DNA of 64,000 bases, taken from NCBI GenBank assembly GCA_038884615.1, contig JAWABL010000005.1, forward strand, positions 45-64,044, written 5' to 3'. Source of the stretch: Candidatus Woesearchaeota archaeon. GTDB lineage: Archaea > Nanobdellota > Nanobdellia > Woesearchaeales > DSVV01. Below, piece after piece: positions 1 to 7,562 of the stretch (the first letter of the stretch is position 1; every line of letters begins with the position of its first letter). A program made the translations under genes and the position numbers. A model generated the notes under the pieces. That model saw only the letters and a list, made by a program, of their open reading frames with translations. It did not search any database and had not been told where the DNA came from.

Positions 1-54
1 ACAATTGCAAAAGAAAAATTTGTTGAAAAACTTAAGAAAAATGGTTTTATTTGA
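1..54 (+). CDS. 3' end of a gene truncated by the window edge (...TIAKEKFVEKLKKNGFI*)
   Basis: Frame 1 is open from base 1 to TGA at 52-54. Too short to identify. Confidence 0.3.
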   Translation, partial: TIAKEKFVEKLKKNGFI

Positions 55-246
55 AAACTCTATATGCTTATAGCGGACCTCTTTATCCATCCTACTTTGT
101 CTATTGTACATATATTTTTCTATTATATCTTTTTTATATACCTCATTTCCTACTATAATCTCGCTTTCCATATGATATCGCATTGGAGATAATTCTGTCT
201 CTGCCTAATCCATTGGTTTTAGTGCCTATATTTTTAATCCAGTACA

Positions 247-254
247 TTTAAATA
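247..254 (+). promoter_or_regulatory. Candidate archaeal TATA box (TTTAAATA) for the tRNA gene
   Basis: TTTAAATA ends 27 nt upstream of the first tRNA base (281), which is the typical archaeal TATA-to-start spacing. Confidence 0.4.
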
Positions 255-302
255 CCTCCACTCTTTCTTTGTTGCCTATCGCCTCCGTAGTCTAGCCTGG
301 AA

Positions 303-418
303 GATTTTGTGTTCGCTAATTGGGCGAAACAAAAACCTTGGAAAAATCCAAGTTATATTGATTAAATTTTAATCCCTATATTTTAGTCTGTTTGGATTTG
401 CAAGGAGAATGCCAGGAA
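303..418 (+). other. tRNA intron 1 in the D-loop (boundaries +/- 2 nt)
   Basis: Exon CCTGG (296-300) pairs with intron-terminal CCAGG (412-416), leaving GAA/GAAT at both junctions. This looks like a relaxed BHB-like arrangement. Internal hairpins are GTTCGC/GCGAAC (311-328) and CCTTGG/CCAAG (336-352). Confidence 0.55.
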
Positions 419-457
419 TAGGACACAGGGTTGCGGACCCTGGAACCTGAGTTCGAA

Positions 458-581
458 CAAATTTTGGCCAATTTTTTAAATATGTATCTAACAAAATTAA
501 AAAATAAAAATAAAATGGTCAGGTTAAAAATTAGACCTTAGCTACCATAAACTAAAAAGCTTTTCGCCAAAATTGCGAAAA
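458..581 (+). other. tRNA intron 2 in the T-loop (position 59/60) with a near-canonical hBHBh' motif
   Basis: The T-stem serves as the outer exon helix. The central 4-bp helix is TTCG (452-455) with CGAA (576-579). Bulges are AAC(A) at 456-459 and AAT at 580-582. The intron helix is AATTTTGGC (460-468) with GCCAAAATT (566-574). Confidence 0.65.
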
Positions 582-763
582 TCTCAGCGGAGGCATTTTT
601 TTATTTTGGTATAATCCTATAATTTTTTGCCTAAAAATAAAAAAAATCTATGGTAAAAAATAAAAATAACTTTATTATTCTTAAGTTGTAACAAATATTT
701 TGTAAAAATAAAGAAGAGAATAAACAAGAGCCAAGAAAAATAGGTTCTTTATTTTTATATAAA

Positions 764-1840
764 ATGATAAAAAATTCCAAGGAACTAGCAGAAGCTTTAA
801 GTCCTAGAATATACCTCTCAACAGCAAGACAGGCTGAAATAGATAAGGTAAGAATCCGGTTTCCTATGAGAATAAGTTCTTATTATGCAAGTCTTATAAA
901 AGAAGAGGACGATCCAATATGGAAACAAAGCGTTCCAAAATTAGAAGAAATTCTTATAGACGGTAATTTGGACCCTGATCCCCTTTCAGAGGAAAAGCAA
1001 TCTCCTGTTCCCTTCCTTGTACATAGATATCCTGATAGAGTGCTTCTTTATGTCTCAAACACATGTGCTGTTTATTGCAGGCATTGCACAAGAAAAAGAA
1101 AGGTTGGGGATGACAGAAAAAATCCAAAGATTGAAGATTTAAAGGATGCTTTTGAATACATAGCCACCTCTAAATATAATCAAACACCTATACGAAGCGT
1201 TATATTGTCAGGGGGCGATCCTCTTTTATTGAACCATTACATGCTTGATGAAATAATAGGCAAATTAAAGGAAATTCCTAATGTGGAATCGCTTAGGATA
1301 GGGACAAGAGTACCAGTTACCGATCCTGAGCGTATTACTGCACATCTTACTAATCTTTTAAAAAAATATGATGTTGCATGGGTAAATACTCATTATAATC
1401 ATCCCAGAGAAATTACTCCTGAAAGCATTGAAGCAATCAGAAAACTAAGGTCTGCTGGGGTATCAATAGGAAATCAGTGCGTCTTGTTAAGAGGTGTTAA
1501 TGACTCTCCAGAAACAATGATGAGCCTATTTACTGGACTTGAAAAGATTGGTGTTAGACCTTACTATATGTATCAAGCAGACCTTGCTAAAGGAACAGCT
1601 CATTTTTGGACAAGTGTTGACACAGCTCTTGAAATAATGCAGAAACTTATTGGCAATGTTTCTGGTTTGGCAGTACCCCATTATGTCATAGATTCTCCAG
1701 GTGGAGGCGGAAAGATAAGAGTGCTTCCTGATAGTGTAAGGTTTGAAGATGAAATGGCTGTTTTACGAACCTTCCAAGGAAAGGAAGTACGTTATCCTAG
1801 AGATCCTTTAAATTACTATATAATAAATAACAATGGATAA
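764..1840 (+). CDS. kamA: KamA-family radical SAM enzyme (L-lysine 2,3-aminomutase / EpmB-like)
   Basis: Contains the CxxxCxxC cluster in the KamA context (NTCAVYCRHCTRKRK), plus SGGDPLLL and LRIGTRVPV motifs. At 358 aa it is at the short end of the family. Confidence 0.85.
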   Translation: MIKNSKELAEALSPRIYLSTARQAEIDKVRIRFPMRISSYYASLIKEEDDPIWKQSVPKLEEILIDGNLDPDPLSEEKQSPVPFLVHRYPDRVLLYVSNTCAVYCRHCTRKRKVGDDRKNPKIEDLKDAFEYIATSKYNQTPIRSVILSGGDPLLLNHYMLDEIIGKLKEIPNVESLRIGTRVPVTDPERITAHLTNLLKKYDVAWVNTHYNHPREITPESIEAIRKLRSAGVSIGNQCVLLRGVNDSPETMMSLFTGLEKIGVRPYYMYQADLAKGTAHFWTSVDTALEIMQKLIGNVSGLAVPHYVIDSPGGGGKIRVLPDSVRFEDEMAVLRTFQGKEVRYPRDPLNYYIINNNG

Positions 1841-1862
1841 GTAATAATTAAGTAAAATTAAA

Positions 1863-2981
1863 ATGACTCTTGACAATCGTGGAAAAGTACTTGCTTCAAT
1901 ATGCGTAAACCATTCTATCTCTGCCAGAAAGGGGGACATTGTTCTTGTACAGTCTGATATTTACTTTAAGCCTTTTGTAGAAGAGATAAAAAATAATGTT
2001 GAGATGTGTGGAGCTGATGTAAGAGTGATTTATGAAAATCTGGCAGAAAAAAGGGCGTTACTAGAACGAAATAACCCAGAAGAGTTATATGCAGAAGCCG
2101 GTAGGCTTTGTGAGATTGCAAAAGAATGCACCGCTTCTATAACCATAGATTCGTTAAGCGAGCCTTATTATCTTAATGGAATAAATCCTCAAAAAATAGC
2201 AGACTATCATTCAACTGTGATTAATCCCTTAGAGCAAATACTATGTGCAGAAACAGATAAAAGATGGAATTTTGTTGTTTATCCGTCCCCAAAGGAAGCA
2301 AAATTTGTTGGTATGACCTTCAACGAATACAAAAATTTCGTTTTTGGCGCTACTAATATAGACTGGAAAAAAAAGAGAGACGAAATGCTAAGGGTAAAAG
2401 AAATATTTGATGATGCATCAGAAATATGCATCTCTTCACCACCTTATACAAAACTTACTTTTAGCTTGTCAGGTCGTGGAGGGGAGGTCAATTCAGGGGA
2501 GTACAACCTTCCTGATGGGGAAGTAAGCTATGGTCCTGTGGAAGAGTCTGTTAATGGTACTGTTTACTTTAGAAACCCTACCTTGAGAGATGGCCAGATC
2601 GTTGAGGGAATAAAACTTGAGTTCCATAACGGAGTGGTCGCTAAATATTCAGCATTAAAAAACCAGTCTTTTTTAGAGGCAATGTTAAATCTTAGAGGCG
2701 GCAAGATGGTTGGAGAGTTTGGTATAGGATGTAATTATAATCTTAATAGGCATACTGGTTTGATCATCTATGATGAAAAAATGGGTGGTACTTTTCACAT
2801 TGCACTTGGTAAATCTTATCCTCAACCATTGGATAATGGTGGTGGACTAAATGATGCTGACTTTCATTGGGATATTGTTTGCGATTTAAGAGGACAAAGT
2901 GGACATTTAGGTGGAAAAATTTATGTAGATGGGAAACTTGTTCAGAGCGAAGGGTTATGGAAGGTTCCAATCTTTAAATAA
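1863..2981 (+). CDS. M29-family aminopeptidase (AmpS/PepS-like thermophilic metalloprotease)
   Basis: N-terminal LASICVNHSISARKGDIVLV and C-terminal GIGCN...DEKMGGTFHIALGKSY match M29 hallmarks. It starts 22 nt after kamA. Confidence 0.8.
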   Translation: MTLDNRGKVLASICVNHSISARKGDIVLVQSDIYFKPFVEEIKNNVEMCGADVRVIYENLAEKRALLERNNPEELYAEAGRLCEIAKECTASITIDSLSEPYYLNGINPQKIADYHSTVINPLEQILCAETDKRWNFVVYPSPKEAKFVGMTFNEYKNFVFGATNIDWKKKRDEMLRVKEIFDDASEICISSPPYTKLTFSLSGRGGEVNSGEYNLPDGEVSYGPVEESVNGTVYFRNPTLRDGQIVEGIKLEFHNGVVAKYSALKNQSFLEAMLNLRGGKMVGEFGIGCNYNLNRHTGLIIYDEKMGGTFHIALGKSYPQPLDNGGGLNDADFHWDIVCDLRGQSGHLGGKIYVDGKLVQSEGLWKVPIFK

Positions 2982-3001
2982 TTATCTTTTGGTGTTTTAA
3001 A

Positions 3002-3499
3002 ATGGATTTATCATTAAAATTATCAACCGATAAGAAGTGGTCAGAAGTAGGTTTTGAAATTATGGCAATTGAAAGAATTGTTTATTCCTCTATCAATTTA
3101 GATACTGATGAGAAAACAATTAAAAAATATTTTGAAGATAGGCAAACAATATTTTTAATGGCTTTCTCTTCAGCTAGCTTAATAGGTTATATTATTGCTA
3201 GACCACTAGATTCATATACTGAAGAATATTTTAAAAGAGACCCTAACTTTGGGAAAGGCAATGCTCTTTATATAGAATCTATAACTGTTAAGCCTGAAAA
3301 CCAAAGAAAAGGTGTTGGTAAGAAACTTGTTGACGAGTTGATATCTTTGGCAAAGGAGAATGGATATCGCTTTGTTGCAGGACATTTTTTTGATTCATCC
3401 TTCAATTTGTTTGCCAGAAAAGGAGCCTTAAACATAAATGATTTTAAAGATTGGTATGGTAGTGGATGTGTTGCTCATTACCTGTCGCTTGAAGTATAG
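3002..3499 (+). CDS. GNAT-family N-acetyltransferase
   Basis: Acetyl-CoA binding motif A is present (VKPENQRKGVGKKLV). 165 aa, starting 20 nt after the M29 gene. Confidence 0.75.
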   Translation: MDLSLKLSTDKKWSEVGFEIMAIERIVYSSINLDTDEKTIKKYFEDRQTIFLMAFSSASLIGYIIARPLDSYTEEYFKRDPNFGKGNALYIESITVKPENQRKGVGKKLVDELISLAKENGYRFVAGHFFDSSFNLFARKGALNINDFKDWYGSGCVAHYLSLEV

Positions 3500-3603
3500 C
3501 ATGCTCTCACAAGTGACAATTTAATATTAAAACTGGTCAGAAGGGCATAACTAAAAGTATGTTAGAAGGTTAATAGGATAAAAAACTTATATGATTTTAT
3601 TGG

Positions 3604-3957
3604 GTGGTTAATATGATTGAAAACAGATATGGTAAAATATACCATCTTGTAATTGATGGTGATAGAGTGTGCCGTGAAAAAAATATAATGTCGCAGTCAC
3701 AAGAGCGAAGAGAAAGAGCAAAAATTGCTTGCAAGACCATTGAACTACTGCTTGAGCAGGCTAAAACTAATGCAGGCCTTTCAGAAAGATTAATTGTAAC
3801 AAACAGCAGAGATGCTCTTAAAGCAATAAAGCAAATTCAACCAGGTTCAAAAGTTATTTTGTACGGTGGATACTGGGGTTATACCCTGTCTCAAGTAGAA
3901 CGCCAACTTGTTTTGGCAGGTATTACTACTCAGCTGCATCCGCTTGGATATATATAA
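3604..3957 (+). CDS. Hypothetical protein; ATG at 3613 preceded by GGGTGG is the more likely start
   Basis: ORF of 117 aa with an SD-like GGGTGG 5-6 nt upstream of ATG 3613. No recognisable motif. Confidence 0.45.
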   Translation: MVNMIENRYGKIYHLVIDGDRVCREKNIMSQSQERRERAKIACKTIELLLEQAKTNAGLSERLIVTNSRDALKAIKQIQPGSKVILYGGYWGYTLSQVERQLVLAGITTQLHPLGYI

Positions 3958-3977
3958 TAATCTTTTTTATTTATATT

Positions 3978-4070
3978 CTTATATATATCTTATATATATC
4001 TTATATATAATACATATCTTACATATAATACTTTATATGTAATCTATAACCTTATATATTTTATATATTA
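3978..4070. repeat. Degenerate 11-bp tandem repeat (CTTATATATAT x3, then decayed copies)
   Basis: Perfect or near-perfect units at 3978-3988, 3989-3999 and 4000-4010, followed by CTTACATATAATA, CTTTATATGTAAT and CTTATATATT. Lies in the convergent intergenic region. Confidence 0.7.
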
Positions 4071-4173
4071 TTTTAATAAGTTCAATTTTTCTGTTATTTT
4101 CTTATGTGACAGTGTTCTATTTTACGCAATAGACTCGCTAAATGGCTTAAAATCGGCGCTCTTATTTCTTCAC

Positions 4174-4662
4174 TCATCTTAACTTAATAAACCTTATATC
4201 TCCATTTTTGTAATTAAGAATTGCAATGGTTCCCTCATCACCAAAATAGTGTCCTCCTGGATTAATCATCACTGTTTGGTCAAATCTCTCTATCGTTTTT
4301 TTGTGAGTATGCCCTGTCAAAATGTAGTCATATCTTTTGCTTCTTATCATCTCCTCAATAACACTTTGATTATGCCCATGATAAGCGCCAATATGTTTTT
4401 CATTTAATTCAATCTCGCCAACCTCTCCAAGATATTCATGCCCCTCTTCGTTGCAAATTTCTGTTATCATTTCGCTGTCTCCATCGCAGTTGCCTCGGAC
4501 AAACTTCATCTTTAAACCTTTAAAAAACCTTATTGTCTTTGGAGCTACGATGTCTCCGCAATGCACAACAAAGTCTACCTTGTGAACCTTAAAGAGTTTT
4601 ACAGCTTTAAGCACATTTTTAACATTGTCATGCGTGTCAGAAATTATACCAATACCTCCCAT
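4174..4662 (-). CDS. MJ0936/YfcE-family metallophosphoesterase
   Basis: Calcineurin-like motifs SDTHDN, HCGD, GNCD and TGHTH in the canonical order. 162 aa. Confidence 0.8.
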   Translation of the reverse strand: MGGIGIISDTHDNVKNVLKAVKLFKVHKVDFVVHCGDIVAPKTIRFFKGLKMKFVRGNCDGDSEMITEICNEEGHEYLGEVGEIELNEKHIGAYHGHNQSVIEEMIRSKRYDYILTGHTHKKTIERFDQTVMINPGGHYFGDEGTIAILNYKNGDIRFIKLR

Positions 4663-4663
4663 T

Positions 4664-6793
4664 TTAACCTCCCTTTTCTACAAGCCTTACCTTGTTTATC
4701 TGTAGCCTCGCAGTATTGTTGTCTTCTACTATTATTTCAAAGTCCTCAATTAATATCTTTTTTTTGAACATAGGTCCATCAAGCACGAGGCTTTCATATT
4801 CTCCACCTTCCCCAGCGATGTTTATCTTATACATATTGTATATAGTCTTTAAGTTGTTTATAAGATTGTGGTCCATCCTTTTTCCTAGCCACTTCTGATC
4901 AAGACCAAATGCAGCAATGCTTACAAGTATAACTTCAAAGCCAGATCTTACAATCTGCCTTAATTCTAGCTCCTGGTCCATATGCCACAAAGGAGAAAAT
5001 ATCTTCAGCCCAAGTTTATCGCAGACTTTTTCTATCCTCTTTCTTTGATACTCTGAAAAAAGAGCTCCTGTTACAATCCCTTCAATGTGATATTGCTTTT
5101 TTGCGCTCTCAATCGCTCTTTCAAGGTCAAAAAGTTCAGATTCTTTCCTGCCGGCTGTTTCAAACTCCAACAGCGGAATGCCCATTGCCTCTGCTTGAAG
5201 CTTCGCAATGTCAACATTTGGGGTATGAAACATGTAACTCGCAGGATTTTTGCTTTTTATTGTTATAAGACAAGCTATCTCATAGTTTTGCTTTTGCATA
5301 AGGTGCATTGCATAAGCGCTGTCCTTTCCTGAGCTAAAAAGTACACCTAGCTTTAGGTTAGGGGGGGTATAGTATTTTTTTAGAAACTCTGATTTTAATT
5401 TTCTTTCTCTTCTTGCAAGTCTTCCTATCGCATTATCAAACCTACTGCCATACTGCGCGGCGCGCTTTTTTCGTTTTGCAAATTCTTCTTTTAATCCAAT
5501 TTTTTTTGCAAGCTCACGAAGTACAACCTTATTCTCGCCTTCACTGATTTTTAGCTGAGGTGGAATTTTAAGGGCGTATTCAACAAGTGCTATGTCCAGA
5601 AACGGCAACCTTAACTCTATGTTATTGTGCATAGTTACAACATCATCCCTATATGTGTCGCGTTCATAAATCTTCATCAGTCCAGAGAGGCATTCTTTGT
5701 TTATGTCTTTTGCTAGCTTATGCCTCTCATAGCCGGCAAAAATCTCTTCTGAGCCGAGCCCTGAAAATACTACTCTAATGCCATCATTCTTTGCAAGTTC
5801 GCACGCAGCATAAAGCGTCAAAGCAACCCCAACCTTTGTTACATTACTGTCTTCTATTAGCGGAATAACTTTCTTTATCAAGCCTTCAACCTGTTCAAGC
5901 GGTATCTTCTTTATTCGAAGCTTGAAGCCATATACTTCTGAGACTTTCTGTGCGAAAAGCAAGTCCTCTGCAATGGTCTGGGCATCATCCATAACTGCAG
6001 TGTAGCATGTAAAGTCAGCACCAAGCTGCTTTGTAATAAGTGCAATAACACTAGAATCAATACCCCCTGAGAACAGTACCCCTAATCTGTTTTTAGATAT
6101 CCTTTTTGCTATCGCATTTCTTAGGAGAAAGTAAATATCATCCACTATTTGCTCTTTTGTACGTTTTATGATTGGCTCTATTTCAAAGAAAGTCCTTTGA
6201 ACAAATTCAGTTTCCATGGTTTTTGTGTTGTAAAAGAGCATTTCTCTTGGGTTTAGCTCTATAACCTTCTTATAGCCGAGCGCTATGAGACTCTTCTTCT
6301 CTGATGCAAAAGCAAGCCCCTTCTCTATGCTGTACCAAAGCGGTTTTATACCTATAATGTCTCTCGCAAGCACTACCTTTTCACCTTTCCAATAACAAAA
6401 ACTATAACTTCCATCAAGTTCGCTTAAAACCTTACGAATATCAGGGACTTTCTCAATAATTTTCAGAAGCAACTCTGCATCATTTCTGCACTTTATATTA
6501 TAAATATTTGAAAGCTCAGGCCAGTTGTATATTTCACAATTAACAACAAGAAGCCCTTCTCCCTTTATTGGCTGTGATACATATCCCACCATTGCATGAA
6601 GACAATGGGCTACGGCCATGTCTTCTTCCCATCTTTTAACATCCTCCATCTCTTCTAAACATTTTTTATGAATTATTTTATCTTTACAGCCTATGCCGAA
6701 ACCGTCCCTACCGCGTTCCTTCATTATTTTGAGCCCTAGAATAGCCATCTCAGGCGCATTCTTCATATTAAAGATTCCTATTATTCCGCACAT
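4664..6793 (-). CDS. Three-domain fusion: class-II glutamine amidotransferase + asparagine-synthetase-type PP-loop domain + C-terminal Dph6/MJ0570-like (diphthine-ammonia ligase type) PP-loop ATPase
   Basis: N-terminal MCGIIGIF supplies the Ntn Cys2. The AsnB PP-loop is LFSGGIDSS (about aa 240). A second PP-loop, LFSSGKDSAYAM (about aa 485), is followed by TGA..SEYQR, IFSPLW and GEGGEYESLVLDGP, typical of the MJ0570/Dph6 family. Confidence 0.8.
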   Translation of the reverse strand: MCGIIGIFNMKNAPEMAILGLKIMKERGRDGFGIGCKDKIIHKKCLEEMEDVKRWEEDMAVAHCLHAMVGYVSQPIKGEGLLVVNCEIYNWPELSNIYNIKCRNDAELLLKIIEKVPDIRKVLSELDGSYSFCYWKGEKVVLARDIIGIKPLWYSIEKGLAFASEKKSLIALGYKKVIELNPREMLFYNTKTMETEFVQRTFFEIEPIIKRTKEQIVDDIYFLLRNAIAKRISKNRLGVLFSGGIDSSVIALITKQLGADFTCYTAVMDDAQTIAEDLLFAQKVSEVYGFKLRIKKIPLEQVEGLIKKVIPLIEDSNVTKVGVALTLYAACELAKNDGIRVVFSGLGSEEIFAGYERHKLAKDINKECLSGLMKIYERDTYRDDVVTMHNNIELRLPFLDIALVEYALKIPPQLKISEGENKVVLRELAKKIGLKEEFAKRKKRAAQYGSRFDNAIGRLARRERKLKSEFLKKYYTPPNLKLGVLFSSGKDSAYAMHLMQKQNYEIACLITIKSKNPASYMFHTPNVDIAKLQAEAMGIPLLEFETAGRKESELFDLERAIESAKKQYHIEGIVTGALFSEYQRKRIEKVCDKLGLKIFSPLWHMDQELELRQIVRSGFEVILVSIAAFGLDQKWLGKRMDHNLINNLKTIYNMYKINIAGEGGEYESLVLDGPMFKKKILIEDFEIIVEDNNTARLQINKVRLVEKGG

Positions 6794-6850
6794 CTTCTCT
6801 CACTTTTTCCAGTTACCTTTTTTGAACTTATGAATTTCAAAATTTTGCAT

Positions 6851-7384
6851 CTACCTTTCAAAAAGTACCCTCTTTTCTCCTTGATAAAGCCCCATGCTTG
6901 TCATTTGATAGTACTGCTCTTCTGTAAGGGAAAGGTCGCTAATCAAAAATTTATACTTGTCTCTTATCTCTGCGCAAATCCTTTTAATCTCTCCATGGTC
7001 CAGCCCTTCGCCGATGAGAAGAATATTTGCTCTATCTTTCTGCTCCCTGCCATGTAATATTATGCGTCTTATTCCTGGCATTTTGCTTACATGCGAGATG
7101 AAAAGCTTTATGATATGGGTGTCTTCTTTAAAAATTTCGCCAAGAAAGTCTGTCTTTTTCCCTCCTTTTAGTCTGTAAAGTTTTATTCTGCTTACTTTTT
7201 GAACTTCAATTATGTCGTTCTTGGCAAACTTGTTAAGTATTCTTGAAGTGGTTGCTATCGGCACGTTGCTTTGCTCTGAAACTTCCTGAAGATAAAACTG
7301 TTTTGTGCGGTCGCGAAAAAAAACTTTGAGTATCCTTATTACCTTCTTGTCAAACAACCCTTCAAGTACTTCCAGCTCTTCCAT
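6851..7384 (-). CDS. Putative winged-helix transcriptional regulator
   Basis: An N-terminal HTH-like segment (FYLQEVSEQSNVPIATTSRILNKFAKNDIIEV). The C-terminal half is unassigned. Confidence 0.5.
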   Translation of the reverse strand: MEELEVLEGLFDKKVIRILKVFFRDRTKQFYLQEVSEQSNVPIATTSRILNKFAKNDIIEVQKVSRIKLYRLKGGKKTDFLGEIFKEDTHIIKLFISHVSKMPGIRRIILHGREQKDRANILLIGEGLDHGEIKRICAEIRDKYKFLISDLSLTEEQYYQMTSMGLYQGEKRVLFER

Positions 7385-7562
7385 AAAAAGATGAATAACA
7401 TAATAAATATTAAAATATTTTCATTTTTGGAATTGTTTTCTTATTTTGAAATTAATTTTCATTTTTGATAATAAATTATTAAGACCATTTAAAAATGGTT
7501 TTTATACTTTTATTCTTACTAGTTTTATCCATTTAGAAATATTTAGTAAATTAGCCAGAGAC

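Larger units (their letters stand above)
281..595 (+). tRNA. tRNA-Arg (anticodon GCG) interrupted by two introns; about 75 nt mature, no encoded CCA
   Basis: Acceptor stem GCCTCCG (281-287) pairs perfectly with CGGAGGC (588-594), followed by discriminator A595. D-stem is GTCT (290-293) with GGAC (421-424), and the D-loop reads AGCCTGGAATA after splicing. Anticodon stem is CAGGG (426-430) with CCCTG (438-442), loop TTGCGGA. T-stem is CTGAG (447-451) with CTCAG (583-587), and the spliced T-loop is TTCGAAT. An oligo-T run follows from 596. Confidence 0.75.

Noticed and set aside
3978-4070. Possible CRISPR array (also considered at 54167-54271 and 19682-19708)
   Set aside because: The units are 11-14 bp, directly abutting or irregularly spaced, with no unique spacers of about 30-40 bp. 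No cas genes are in the window.
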